Below, in pieces: positions 1 to 13,926 of a stretch of 64,000 bases of DNA. Within the stretch, counting starts at the first letter, position 1, and each line of letters starts with the position of its first letter. The DNA comes from Eledone cirrhosa (Eukaryota): contig OZ024742.1 of assembly GCA_964016885.1 (NCBI GenBank), forward strand, positions 297,476,001-297,540,000, given 5' to 3'. The notes beneath the pieces are model-generated. The model ran no database searches, was not told the origin of the DNA, and was given only the letters and a program-made list of their open reading frames with translations. Made by a program: the position numbers and the translations under genes.

Positions 1-474
1 CCTTGTGCCAAAAGTAGACACAATTATATGAGGTTATCTCAAAATGACAAATTCTCAGAGAAAGCCAATCACAAAGGTATTCTGAGTGTTAAGAATTGAA
101 TAGTATTGATTTGTATTGCATTATATATAGAAAACTTATTTGAAATATTTAAGACTAAGAATTTGCACTTGAAAAATTAGTGCAAAATACCTAATTTGTA
201 CTTATATGCACAATAAACACAAGCATTTATTACATTTTGTCTTTTATCATTGAATATAATAATTACTATCTTTGTTTCATAACTTTTAGCAGAAGATGCA
301 GTTGGATTCACAAAATATACACAAGTGATAGATGAAAATATTAGACAAGATAAACAGAAAAAGATTTCGATGAAATGAAAATGTTTGTAATAGCTCAAGA
401 ATATTATGTTGAAAAATGAAAGTAAAATATAAAAAGATTGTACATCAAGAGCAATAATAGAATAGTAATAGAGT

Positions 475-577
475 TATCATCATCATCATCATCATCATCA
501 TCAGCTGCAGCAGCACCACCACCACCAGCAACAGCATCAGCAGCAGCAGCAGTCGCAGCAGCAGCAGCAGCATCAGC

Positions 578-611
<34 letters not shown>

Positions 612-625
612 ACAATAATAATAAT
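475..625. repeat. Compound trinucleotide microsatellite (CAT/CAG/TAG/AAT)
   Basis: Visible directly; explains the low-complexity ORFs at 404-716. Confidence 0.95.
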
Positions 626-1494
626 ACATTGGTGTATTAGATTTACAGGCATTATGATTAGGAAGAATGTTTTGGTCATCGACATGAGCTTGTTCAAGTG
701 TGCAATTGCCTTTTAGATGTAATCAGCTGGAAAATAAGATTGGAAGGAAAGAGAGAGAACAGATTATGTTCCAGCATCTAATATACAATAGTTGACAAAT
801 ACTAAGAAAATAGCTGCTGAGAAGCTAAGCATGTGAGGAATTTATCTGAGCTGAAGAAAAACTATAAAATAATTTAACTGGAAGGGAATTCTTGCAGACT
901 TTTTAATGAAAAACTTCTGTTGTTGTATAACATCACTAGTTTCCTGAAAGTAAACCAACAACAATAACAATAAGACTATTAGTTAGAGATTTGTTTTTTT
1001 TTTGTTTTGTTTCATTTCGTTTTACTGTTGTTTGTGTCTTAGTCATTATGAGCAGCTATGTATAGGAACAAAACAATTCATCTCAAGTTCATCTGTTCAA
1101 CTCCCATGTGAACCTGGCATTCATGTACTACTATCCATTTATAAGGATAGTAGTACATGAATATAGAAAATAGAAAGAATCATCTTTATTCCATATGCTT
1201 TACCATGCTTGCATGGGCTTGACGAGTCTTCTTCAGCACAGCTTTCCTCTACTTGTCACATTACTTTGATAGTTTCAGTATTCTGAGATTAGCACTCACC
1301 ATTTCTACTAAAGTTTTCCTTGGTCTTCCTCTTCTGCAATTTCCTTCCATCCAATGATCATCTATATGCATCACATTTTTCTTTTGCATAATCCATACAC
1401 ATCATAGTTTTTCCTTCAACTAGATTATGTTTTGTCATTTATGCACACTGACAATATAGATCCAATAGAGTACGCTAGCCATAACATAACTAAC

Positions 1495-1790
1495 ACCATT
1501 TAACATTTATTTTCCATGCTTGCATGGGTTAGATTGGTTGTTTTGTTCTGAGGTTAGACAGGTCATATGACTGCAACTTGATCATACATTCCATTCTGGC
1601 ATGGTTTCTACAGCTAGATGACCTTTCTAATGCCAACCACTTCATAGCATGTACTGGGTGCTTTATATGCTGGTACTGCCACTACCATCTTAAAGTGTGT
1701 AGTGGGTGTTTGTTATCATAGCACCAGCACAACTACTTTACAATGTGGTCTGAGTGCATTTTATAATGGAACCAGCATGACAACTTTTTT
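1495..1790 (-). mobile_element. Old SINE/LINE 3' fragment sharing the RTE-type 3' end
   Basis: ccatgcttgcatgggttag and tttctacagctagatg...aaccact motifs match, in reverse, the 3' region of the younger copies at 33540-33706 and 53290-53580. Confidence 0.6.
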
Positions 1791-3003
1791 AAACTAGGCT
1801 CTCCTATCTTTTGACATGCTAGGAAGGCAGTGATAGGACTGAGAGGGATGAGAGCAGCAGTTAATCTATCTGTTGTTTGCTGTGGGAGAGGACGATCGGG
1901 AAAGGTGGCCTTAAAGAGTAAGTGACATCTACCAGTACATTGGGAGGGGATGCCAATCTTTCCATGTTGGCAGGGAGGTGGGACAGAGAAGAAGGAATGG
2001 GGGATATGAATGGGGAGAAAATTAAAGTGAAAGAGTAAAGCCTAAATATCATTACACTTCTACTTTTTACTACCATCCTCCTTATGCTCATTTCATCCAG
2101 CCAGTGTGGGAATATGAATCTTCTGTAGTATGGCATGTCACTTGTTGACATGGTTTTATATCATTTCCTCTAAAATTCAACACTGTGTGGTCAGTCTTTA
2201 CTACATAATTTTGTTTCCTTTCTACATTCAATACATATGTCTATCAATATTATAATACTTTTTCAGGATCTTACATTATCTTTTGTTCAGATCTCGCCTT
2301 GCCACTTCTGTCTTTCACAGAATTATTTAATATTTCTCTCATTAAATCCCTAAAATTGCACCTTATTTTATGGTGCAAAGCTTTTTATTTTAAGATGTTC
2401 ATATTTAAATTTACCATATTTCATTAAGTATAATATGACTTGAGTATAATACAACCCTGTTTCTGAAGCAAATATAGGAATGGATTATATTCTTGTGTAT
2501 AATAGACAGTAGAATACATTGATATCTATGCAAACATTTTTGTAAACTTGTTCCATGGTGTCCATTGGTATATCGAAGTTATGCATATTTCCTTATGATA
2601 TTCAGTTTCTCATGATATTAAAGAATCTATTTTATGTAATATCTTTCTTAATGGACTTCATCAGTCTCCTGCCCTTGGGACAAATGATGTACAAAATGGT
2701 AATTTCTAAATAACAATTTTTGCCTATATATAAAACAACATTTGTAAACAATTACTATCAACACACACGCATTTGCAATTTTGTCATTTAAAATGAATAT
2801 TTTTATGCTTCTTAAAATTTCTGTACTTTTGTAGTATTTGTCCCTAATTTTTCCCTTAATTTTAGTTCGAACTTTTTCGCATTATACACAAAATAATATG
2901 GTAAACTTACCATCATAATTTTATGTCATAGTTATTGGTGCATATTCTTCATTGATTTTTTAATCAATTGAAAATCAATTGAAAATCATTAAATATATGG
3001 TTT

Positions 3004-3205
3004 CTAATTTAGGTACAAGACCAGCAATTTGGACAAAGCTGATTACATCAAGCTAACTACTCCACTGATGTTTTATTTTATCAACATCAGAAGGATAAAA
3101 GGCAAAGTTAACTACAGCAGGATTTAATCTCAGAACACAAAGAGCCATAATTAAATACTAGAAGGCATTTTGTTCCACACTCTAATAATTATGCCAATTC
3201 CCTAC
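3004..3205 (-). mobile_element. Degenerate tRNA-derived SINE
   Basis: Reverse-complement similarity to the SINEs at 7285, 16110 and 21563 (aaggataaaaggcaaagttaac; ctaatttaggtacaag). Confidence 0.6.
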
Positions 3206-3796
3206 CATTGAAATATGGTAATGAAATGGTTAAGTTCTTGATTTTTTGGATACAGTGCTTTTAAAGAATTAAAGATAAGCTCAATTGTTCATTTTAGCTA
3301 TTTACAAAAAGAAGGAATAGAAAAATAAGATTGTTTCTATAATGTTAATCTTCTTTGTATAATCTGTAAGGAATCCTGTATATGGCTGCTAAATATCTCT
3401 GAATTTAAAGTCAGTATCTGTGTTAAGGGATTGTTCTATGCTTAATTCGATTTCTTTGCAGCCACATGATTCCAAGTGCAAGTCTTCTGGGCAGCCCTTT
3501 AGGCAAGTCTCTTGTGTCACAGCTTTAGATAGAAACTGTGCAGACCATCACATGCGTGTGTTTGTGTGTGTATGTGTATGTCTTTGTGTGTGTGTATCTT
3601 TTTAATAGAATATTAAAGTAGAATCGTGTTATTTCTAAAGGAAGATCATTGTTATATTTGTTCTGCACTGAAATAGACACACTCTCCTGTCACTCTCATT
3701 AAAAATAAAATGAATCAATGATTGGTTCATTGTAGACTTGTAGCTAATGACAGATAGCGATATAGAATGAAAAATGATTTAATTTCTAAATCTTAG

Positions 3797-3846
3797 ATGA
3801 TCCTAATGACAAAGACAGATTCTCTTCCAATTTTAACAATGTGCAT
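3797..3846 (+). CDS. Possible small host exon (DDPNDKDRFSSNFNNVH)
   Basis: tcttag acceptor and GTAAGT donor bracket a 50-nt open frame; no homology recognised. Confidence 0.15.
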
Positions 3847-5590
3847 GTAAGTGGTTGAGTATTCTATAGATATATGATCCCTTGGCATAATTCTTGGGAA
3901 GATTCTGCATGTCCCAGTTTGGGACAAGTACAATTTATCTGACAGTCTCCACCACAATTTGTAATTACCCAATTTCACTCACAGTTCTAAGTTGAATAAA
4001 AACTATGATAAAAAATAAATTTCCCAAGATGTTGTGCATTGGGATTGATCCTGGAACCTTATGACTGCAAAGTAAATTTGTAATCTATACCTAAGTTCTT
4101 TTGAACAATAAAGATAACGTGGTTACAGTTGAAAATCCAGGTGAAATGGTATCTTATCTCCAGTAGAACTTATCAGGACCTACATATTATGAAACAAACA
4201 TAATAAACTAAACCTGACCATCCAAATGGTTCACTGAAAACATTTCTTCAGTTGATTTCAGTTAACTTGTAGCATTTTCACCTCAACACACTTAAACACT
4301 AAAACATATTCACAAACCACAATGAAGCCTAATGGAATCATTTTCTGAAGACTAAAATAAAGGCTTTATGCTTTAAAGAAATGTTTATGTATGTAGCATA
4401 TCTATCTATACAATAATTTGCTTCACATATGCAAAATTACCACTAGCAGCTTACTTATCAGCAATAAAAGTGAATATTAAGGAATGTTATATATTTAGTA
4501 GCATGTCAAGTGACAGCTTACTACAGGCACATTACATCTAACTGAATGTTCATTGACTTCCTAGAGTAGTTAGGAGTCAAAACTTTAAAATTTCATAGCC
4601 TTGGATAAGCTATTCAGCCTTCAACTTTATCTCGTAAAAATCTCATACAACTTCTGCTTGCAATTATATTCCTTTGTTCTCACTTGCAAATCGACTTTCT
4701 TTCCTTAACTTCTTGTGTCACCATTCCACTTTATTTTTACACCAGTGTTCTTATATAACCTGAATACTTGTTACACTTCTATTTAAAAATGTTTAGTGAA
4801 TTCTATCTTCCAGTTTCTCATTGCTATGTGCAAAGTGATATCTATAAAGTGTCTGATATTTTAAAATAATTCTTTGTACCTTGATTGTGTTATTGCTTTA
4901 ATTATAGATTGTCAATTTTCAAGTGATAATAAAAATTAAATTAATAAATGATATTACCACAGCATAATTATACATTATTTCTGTAGAAGAAAGAATTAAT
5001 TTTGTTAAACTAAATACAACAGACTAGTTGTTTGAAATGACAACTGAAATAGCTACAAAATAAGAGAAATATTTCTCAGAATATTATTAACATTTCCTAA
5101 TTATAAATTAACACTTGATTGGAAAATTAATTTAGACTGTAAAATATTATAACACTAGGATATATTTTAATGGCTGGTGTTTAGAAGATCAAAACATGCC
5201 CAAAATTAAATGAGTGAGACATGATTCTCCATTCTGTCTAATCTTAAATTGTCATAGCCCATTCAGTCCTTGCCTGCATGGAAAGCAGACATAAAATGAT
5301 GATAATAATTTTCATTTCTTTTATTCTATTTTGAAACAATGACTGATTATGAAAAAAATATTAATACTTTAGATACTAAAGTGCCTGAAACCATCTCAGG
5401 TTCTATGGCATTAAACTGTTTATTTTAAAATGTTTCTGAGGAAAATGGTGAGATGGACCTAACATATCGAGACTAGTTATAGGTGGTGGTATCTCTATTA
5501 GGCAATATATAGATCTATCATGATCGTAAAACAATGAACTAATTCAAGAACCTATCTTTGCCTTTTGTTTTATTTTTTATTGTTCAAAAT

Positions 5591-5622
<32 letters not shown>

Positions 5623-7284
5623 GACTTGGTAGCTCGATTAGAATCTTCGTAGAAACTTATGCAATGAATGCCTACTACAAAAACTATAACCCTCACCACA
5701 TGATTTCATTGAAATCATCTCTTCAGGACTGCATGGAGTTCTAACAATATAATTGGCCCTACCTTAAAAAGGTAGATACCAGTGTTTATATTTATCAAAA
5801 ACTATCCATCATAATTTTCTGTTAGAACCTTTAAGTTATGCTCCAGACACTGGTTTTATATAATGAGAAAGTTATATTACTGAATTCATTCAAATAACTG
5901 ATTATTTCAAATAGTTTTGGAAAATCATAATCTATGTCTTTAATTTGAAATATTGTCTTGTAACGAAATAGTAATATGTTGTTCTTAATATTTATTGAGA
6001 AAGATATATCTCAGAATAAAATCAATCATTTGCTTAAAGTATTGAAGCTGTTACTGTTAGAACCAATGATATTTTCTTCTCTTTTCTCTCTGTTCTGAAT
6101 AACTACTAGTTGTAATAATAAAATATAGCTAATCTCCAGCTACATTCTATGATATGCATTTATAACCACAATGTCACCTAAACTACATACCTATGTCTGA
6201 TCATGTATTATAAAATATTTGTTATTTATGACCCAACACTTTACATGGGTAAGTCAGAAAGCTGGAAAGCTACTGTCATAAAAGTTACTATGCTAAACCT
6301 GATGAGGGAGTTTAATTCTCTTGTTGAATGACAACAAATGAATGGAAGTTCAAGCAATTAATTGTGGATGTGTGTGCATAATGAGGAAGGAAGGGAGCTT
6401 CTTTCTAAGAATAAAATATAACATATTATCGAAAATAGTGAACCAAAGTTGAAATAGTCTACAGGAAAGAAGTCTTAGACATTATGTAACTTTGCTGTAT
6501 AAAGTTTACTGAAACCCAATCTGTTTATAAACTTCAGTTACTTTAAAAATTCAGCTAGAAAATAGTAATGAATAATGCTATCAGGCACGTCTTCTACTCC
6601 AAGATTTGGTTGTTTTCATAAGAGTTCTTGAATTCTGTTAACATGGTTCTTGATAAGAAATGGAAATTATGGTGGTATATTGTCTTAACATATATTTTGT
6701 TATTCTTTAATATTTATAAAACCGTATAAATAAGAGTTAAACAATAGTAACTACCAAGTGTTGTTAGATATGTAAAATTTAAAAGCAAGATTAGAATATT
6801 ACTGCTAACTAGTTATCAGAAATTATTACTGTAATAAAAGGTAACAAATAACAGAGTCAGAGTCATTAGTGTCTCAGATTAAATGTCATGTGATATTTGT
6901 TATGACTCTCTGGGTTCTTTCAAATCCTATTGGTCTAGGTTTGTGGATTAGTGAAATTGTTAGAGAATTATATGATAAGTTTTGCAGTATCTGATCTGGT
7001 TCAAATTCCACAACTGGTTCATTTTATACTTGGCCAGCATAGACAGATAAGCCTAAAATCAGCATAGCTGCTGATGTTTTACCCTGCAGTGGATGAAAAT
7101 GGCTAGAAGGAAATGTAGAAAGTTATTTTTTATGAGAATTTTTTATATATTATTCTGGGATTTATAAATGAAAATAAATAACTGCTAACTGTAAGAAAAT
7201 TTTATATAATTTTGAAAACCTAACACAATTGTTTTTCATTTTATCTATTCAAACCTAGGTTGACTACCTACTATTATTTATGCA

Positions 7285-7472
7285 GGTGGTGGATTATCAG
7301 TATCGGTAGAGCGTCGGACACCTTTCTGGGTTCAAATCCTGCTGAGGTTAGCTTTACCTTTCATCCTTATGGGGTCAATAAAATAAAGCACCAGTAATGC
7401 ACTGTGGTCGATTTAATCGACTTTCCCTCCCTTTCAAATGGCTGACCTTGTGTCTAAAGTAGAAACAATTAT
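7285..7472 (+). mobile_element. tRNA-derived SINE with Deu/Nin-like core
   Basis: A-box-like 5' end, B box gggttcaaatcc, core cctttcatcctt..ggggtc.ataaaataaag.accag, and 3' end ccttgtgtc.aaagtagaaacaattatt shared with the copies at 16110 and 21563. Confidence 0.8.
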
Positions 7473-7984
7473 TTATGCAGATAAAAGACTACTTAGGTTA
7501 AATTAAATATATTCAGACCAATACAGATAGTCTTAACATTAAAACCATGACTGTATCAGTATAACATACCCGTCTTAATGTAATGCTGAAGAATCATATC
7601 TTTAACTTTGTTATATATTGCAGGAAATTGCCTTAGCAAGACAGTTTCTAAAGATATATATAGAGCACTATTAAAAATTAGTGTTTACTTTAGCTTACTG
7701 CAAATTTTCAATTACTTGTCTCCTACTAAAGATACTATAAACATGTTATCAACAAACTAGTTTTTAGATATTTTCTGCTAAATTATGTTAATATCAAACT
7801 TCCTGACACTGTCCCTTGTTCTATGGTACTAAACTATTTATTTTAAAGTGTTTATATTTATCTAAAATCATCGAATATTATTATGATTCGATGTAAAACT
7901 CACAAATGTATCCAAATGTAATTTTATTTTGAAAAGCTTGGTTAACCTATGTTCCAAACATTACCTTAATCATAAGAAAATTAG

Positions 7985-8590
7985 CTCTTCTTCTGCACAC
8001 ACACATGTGTCTCCTGCCAGTTGGTTTTGCCCATAAAATCTGTCTAGCAATTCTTTGCTGAGACATTCTAACCACATGCATATAGTACTGGAGCTGTGAT
8101 CTCTCAATTTGAGGAACCCTATTTTGGCCTCTTGAATTTGCAATCGTATTCTTTTGGTCATTACATGACCATAAGTAAGGGTTGGCATGAATACCAAACT
8201 GAAGAAAGCAAGTTTCGCTTATACACCTACATTCCTCCTGTCAACAAAACCTGCAGATTTTACTTTCCATATGAGGGGCAGGTGGAGAAGTTCAAATATC
8301 TTGGGGGTTGTTTTTATGAATGAAAAAAAGTCAGGAGGATAAAGTATATACAAGAATTGCTGAAGCTGGTGCCAGCTTCAGCACTCATTCATCAGAAGAT
8401 GGGAGGTAAGTGTAGAAGCTAAATTCACTATCTTCGTTTCTGTTTTTGTGTCCTCCCTTATGAATTTGGGGTAATGAACAACGAAATACAATTGTGAATC
8501 CAATCGCCTGAAATGGGGGTTCCTCTAAAGGGCCTTTGAAGTAACATTACTCAATAGGATGTCTAGCTCAAATAGCAGGGAGTTGCTCCA
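7985..8590. mobile_element. Decayed RTE-type LINE RT fragments in both orientations
   Basis: QVEKFKYLG on + and PTLTYG..RLQIQEAKIGFL on -. Confidence 0.55.
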
Positions 8591-10599
8591 GCTAGTCTTA
8601 GCAGGATTTGACTGGGAACATAAAGAGCTATATCTATATACTGCAAGGTATGTTGTCTGAAGCTCCATCAATACTGTCAATCCACCACCTTAAAAGTTTA
8701 AATTATGAAGCTGAAATATTATAAACACTAAGGATGGCATCACTAATCGATAGCTGTGACTTATATATGAGTATATACAGTAGTCAGTATATGTGGTTTT
8801 GGAAATATGATTAAACTTTTTATAAATATATATGTAAACAAGCCCCTATTTATAGAATGAAAGTCATAAAATGTTAGGCAATGTCATCTCAGGCCATGAA
8901 TGAACAACATAATCATCAGAAAACTAGACATCAAGAGACAAAAACCAAACTTCACAAAAGAAAATAAATGGCATATAAAAAAAGGTGAGCTAGACTATAT
9001 ATAAATAAAGCAAGGCCATGTACTACTGCCAAAACCATAAAATATTACAGGAGGGATAGTGTTAGAGAATGTGTAAGAGACTATATGTTTGTGAGTAAAG
9101 AATGACAGATAGTAGAAGACAACTAACATTTTGACCAGTACTAAACATAACAGATTGAAAATGTAGAAAATAGAAATGAAAAAAATTGTGGGGCTATGAA
9201 TTAATAATCATAAAATAAAAGAAACAAATATTGTAGGAAAAATAAAGATGGAAAGAGACTGTAATTTTGAAATATTATATAAGTGATAACGATTGTGTTG
9301 TGAATTAGAAAACAGAAGAAGTGTGAAGTATGCTCACAGCTATCATATCAATTCTATAGTGAACAATGTTTCTCAGCTTATGGCTGCAGAAGACACTTGC
9401 CCAAGATTCTATGCAGTGGGATCAAACTTAAAAAATCATGATTGTGAAATGAAAGTTCATAACTACACAGCCATGCCTGTACCTCACCTGAAGCTACTGT
9501 TTCTTTTCATTTGTTTTGATCATTTGACTCTACAGTATCACTTGTAACTTGCATAGTTGTTTTGAAAAAAATTATGTTATTAACTTGCTTTGCCCTAGTA
9601 TCAAGTGAGTAAATGTCAATAAAGTTGAATAAAATCCTAAAATATTAGTATATGTTGTTCTCTCCTGGATACTGAGGTAGTTGTGACATGATCACAGTTT
9701 AAAATTACTATAGCATGACTTATGTATATTTATTTTTCATGAATATCTTGGATATGCTTTCATATGTGTCTATATTATGTGTTATAGCTACTGCTAATTA
9801 ATACTAGCCCATCAAACCTGTATTATATGCAAATGAGCATCTCCATATAGAGCCAGATTTAGACCTTGAGGAGCCCAGCCACTTCAGATTCGATGGGTCC
9901 CTTAAAATCATTTTGCCTGGTAAAGCCAGGGTTCAGCTTGCAGGCTCTATGTCAAGCTTCTACATTTTGCTGTATTGTTTGCACTCCTTCATCATCTCCT
10001 GGCTTTCATTTCCACCTTTATCATCCCTAGTCATGTTCTGTTTTGTCTTCCTTTTCTTCTGCTTCCCTCTACATTCATTTCCAACGTTTTTCTCACCCAG
10101 TCATCTAGTATTTCTCCAACAGATGACTCAACCATCTCATTCCATTTCTTTTCAACATTCATCATTGGCTCTATTCCCATCATCCTCTGCAATTCATTGT
10201 TTGTCTCCTTCTATCTGAGCAATGCTCCACTCATCTCCTGAGCCACTCTCATTTCTGTTCCTTCCAGCTTTCTCTACTGTTTCATATCCATCACAAGTCC
10301 CTCCCTTCCTGTTTTCATAAATTGATATAAGCTATAAGCTTACTTTGCCTGAGTTCTGAATGAGAAATGTCACTGAAGATAGATAAATATCATGAAATAA
10401 TAGTATATGGTATTCTCACTACTCAGAGCTTCTGAGGTAGCTCTGGTCACAGTTTAAAATACCCACAGTAAGACTTATGTATATTTATTATACATAAACA
10501 CGTTATATATGCTTTCCTATAGGCCTGTATTAAGCTTTATTCAAACTTTCAATATTTACTGTTTCTTTTCTGCTATGATATAATATTTACTGTCTACCA

Positions 10600-10626
10600 C
10601 AACTACTACTGATATTGTTGTTACTA

Positions 10627-10668
<42 letters not shown>

Positions 10669-10705
10669 TTGATGCTGCAGTTGATGCTGTTGCTGCTACT
10701 TTTAC

Positions 10706-10741
<36 letters not shown>

Positions 10742-10816
10742 TGCTACTACTACTACTGCTACTGCTGCTACTACTGCTGCTGCTGCTGCCGTCGCTGCTG
10801 CTGCTGCTGCTGCTGC
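10600..10816. repeat. (CTA)n/(CTG)n microsatellite
   Basis: Visible directly. Confidence 0.95.
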
Positions 10817-11519
10817 TTTATGGTATTCTTGTAATATCACCACTGTTAATGTTTCTGTTGCTGTTATAAATTATCACAAACAAAAATGTGAATAAAGCTT
10901 CAAGCCATGATTACAACTCTAATGTATCTCATTTTATGGAAAAAACAAAAATGTTTCCAAGTAAAGTATTATGTAGCAGCTGAATATAAACTGTTACATC
11001 ATTCTTTCAACCTCACACACATAAGTCTTCTTCACTGGTATTCACAAGAACAAAATATTCAAAAATGGTTTTCCACTAAAGCATCAAGCCATGTTAGGTG
11101 TATATTGCCAATATTTTTATCAGAGTAGACGAGAAGATAAATTTCTGACAGTTGTCATACATTGTTGAAACTAAATATGTTTTTAAGAATTTCTTTGGCT
11201 TATTTTTTTTTATTGATTTATTTATTGGTGGATATTGATTAAAACATAAAAGATTCCTGTGGTGTTCGTTATTACTCTTACAACATAGTAGAAATGTAAT
11301 TCTTTGGTTGATATTTTGAAGAATATTTAATATAAAATATCATAAAACTACTGTACCAGTGTGACATAAATGACAACAGATTTATGATTGATGGTTGACT
11401 GAAGACTATGACGGGTAGTAGATAAGACTGTTTAGTCTTGTCCAGTGCACATCAACCTCTCTAGGTCTGTCATGATAAAATGCACCCACTATACTCTATA
11501 GTGTGGTTGATAATTGAAC

Positions 11520-12378
11520 ATAACTGGATCACAGACTGGTAACTCAAGCTAGCTGTGGACAAGTGTACCACCATGCATTTTGGGAGTAAAAACCCAGCAT
11601 CAACATACACCCTCCACAAAACTAATATCAAGAAGTCTTCTTGTGAACATGACCTGGGCATTATAATCAGCAGCGATTTGTGCTGTACGAAGCACGTCTC
11701 TAAAATTATCAAGAAGGCCGAGGGTGTTTTAGCATCAGTCAGCAAGACCTTTGTCAGCCGCTCTCCAGCTATCTATTTAAAGCTGTATATAGCTATGGTG
11801 CGACCACACTTAGAATTTGCATCACTAGTCTGGAACCCCTATCTTGCTCAGAACATTGACCGCCTTGAAACTGTTCAGAGACGTGCAACCAAGCAAATAC
11901 CCTCCATCAGGCATCTACCATACTCTGAACGCTTTGCTTCCCTGGGCATGGATACATTGAAGCTCCAAGGAATAGCAACTGACTTGGTAAACACCCACAA
12001 AATTATTAACCATCTTGCCAACAACAACCCTGAGTACCTTTTTGATTTCCATGTGTCTAACACACGTGGGTATGCCCACAAAGTCAGAAAGCAGCACAGC
12101 TCCCATGACTTTCGGAAACATTTTTTCATGCTCAGAGTTGCTGAAGCATGGAAAAAAACTACCTGTATCAGTTATTAGCTGTCAAGACACTGCATCCTTT
12201 AACACCTCCATGCCTCCTAATATTCCCCCTCCATACACATACACACATGTATATCATGACTCATACACTATTCACTTCCCTGACATTTGTATATTATTCT
12301 ATGTACTATACATGAACCTTTGACGAGTTGTAGTGCACCTGAGCACTGTACACAATAATTTCATTATTATTATTATTT
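11520..12378 (+). mobile_element. 5'-truncated CR1-type LINE (RT C-terminus, 3' UTR, (ATT)n tail)
   Basis: ORF 11555-12178 has EHDLGIII, LYIAMVRPHLEFAS..WNPY, LETVQRRATK and RKHFF..RV..W; ends in attattattatt. Confidence 0.92.
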
Positions 12379-12406
12379 TATAACAGGGACTACATAGACT
12401 CTTTAA

Positions 12407-12627
12407 CCCTTTAGCATTTCCATTACTCTATATATACTATTGTATTTTCATAGTAAAGGCTTTATCTGACATATTTATCTCACATAATATCGAATCTATG
12501 AGATTTTGATATTAATTATTTTGAGAATAATACCTTAACAGCAGTATGAGTGATCAGTTACAGCCAGTATAAACAGAATGAGGTGAGAGAATTCTGGCCA
12601 GATATGGCCAGTTTAAATGCTAAAGGG
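12407..12627. mobile_element. piggyBac-type MITE
   Basis: 13-bp TIRs CCCTTTAGCATTT / AAATGCTAAAGGG with TTAA on both sides. Confidence 0.8.
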
Positions 12628-12757
12628 TTAATATGTTGTCAGTAACATGATAACTGCTCCAGTGCTGTTTCATCATGAAATGTACTTGCTGTACTCTGTA
12701 AAGTGGCTAGTCATCAAAGTGAGATTACATTGAGTAGAGAGGACATTTAATCTTGTT

Positions 12758-13455
12758 GATCATCATCATCATCATCATCATTTTGCAAGGGTGGGACGGG
12801 TCTTATTCAGCACAGCATCTCTCCACTCGTCACGGATCTTCGTCATCTCCACCGTGATCTTTAATGATCTGAGGTCTATTCTCACCACCTCTGCCCATGT
12901 TTTTCGTGGTCTACCTCTACCACGTCTTCCTTCAACTGGCATTTTCTGGCACTTCTTCACCCATCGGTCATCCTCCATGCGCATCACATGTCCATACCAC
13001 CTCAGTCTCCTCTCCCGTACACTACATTCTATCCCTCTCAGACACAGTTTCTCTTTCAACACATTTATGCTGGGTCGTTCACGCACATCCAACGGAGCAT
13101 GCTTGCCTCATTTCTCTCCAACCGTTGCATATCCTCTGCAGTTGCTGCCCATGTCTCACTACCATGCAGCATCGCGCTCCTCACACAGGCATCATACAAC
13201 CGGCCTTTCGTACGCAGGGAGAAACCCTTCTTCGTCAGCAGAGGAAGGAGCTCCCTAAACTTCTTCCAACCCGTCCTTATTCTAGATACTATGGCCTCGG
13301 AACACGCTCCTCCCATGCTAATCTGATCTCCTAGGTACCGGAGGCTATCCACCACTTCTATAGCGCCCTCTGGCATTTGAAAAATGTGTCTATCAATGCG
13401 ACTTCTACTGTCTAATTTCCCTGTACATCTACTGCATACATATTTCTCCCTACCT
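12758..13455 (-). mobile_element. 5'-truncated RTE LINE with (GAT)n tail
   Basis: LRYLGD, RIRTGWKKF, GRLYDACVRSAMLHGSETW, RRLRWYGHVMRM, RGRGRPRKTW; internal deletion or frameshift near 13085. Confidence 0.93.
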
Positions 13456-13675
13456 GTTAGTTTGAGGTCATAAGAATTTCTTTAGTGCTATGTTATAATA
13501 ATTCATAGAAACTATGCTGAATGTGAAGCAATTGAGTTGCTTTGAACTGAGATGATCTGTCCAACCAGTGGTAGCATAGAAACTGAATGGGGAAAATGAT
13601 GATATTGAGTGAATGTTAAAAACAATGAGCAAAAACATTAATTACTTTCTTACCTACTTACTTGAGACTTCATAT

Positions 13676-13926
13676 TTAACCCATGGAGGTGTTACCATAT
13701 TTGTAATGAAAGACACTACCTATCATTTTGAAAATAAGAATTTGAAGCGATTTAGTTGCATAACTAACTTTCTCATTATTAAGGTGGTGTTTGGAACATA
13801 ACTTATGAAAATTGCATACATGAAATTTGTTTGAATGTTTATAGATAACTATAAACTCTTAACAAAAATAGTTTTGTATCATGGAACCAGGGCAGGTGTC
13901 AGACAGTTTGGAATCAAAAGGATTAA
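13676..13926. mobile_element. Degenerate TTAA-ended MITE; relatives near 5760-5940, 18190-18390, 20900-21116, 24338-24561 and 30860-31020
   Basis: Shared internal motif ttctcattattaag(g/c)tggtgtttggaacataa and ttaaccc...aaagg(g/a)ttaa ends. Confidence 0.5.

Noticed and set aside
288-378. Possible + strand terminal exon (EDAVGFTKYTQVIDENIRQDKQKKISMK*)
   Set aside because: Only an acceptor-like site and a short frame; no homology or partner exons recognised
404-716. Poly-Ala/Thr/Asp/Ser ORFs (also 10556-10869 and 17516-17800)
   Set aside because: Translations of trinucleotide microsatellites
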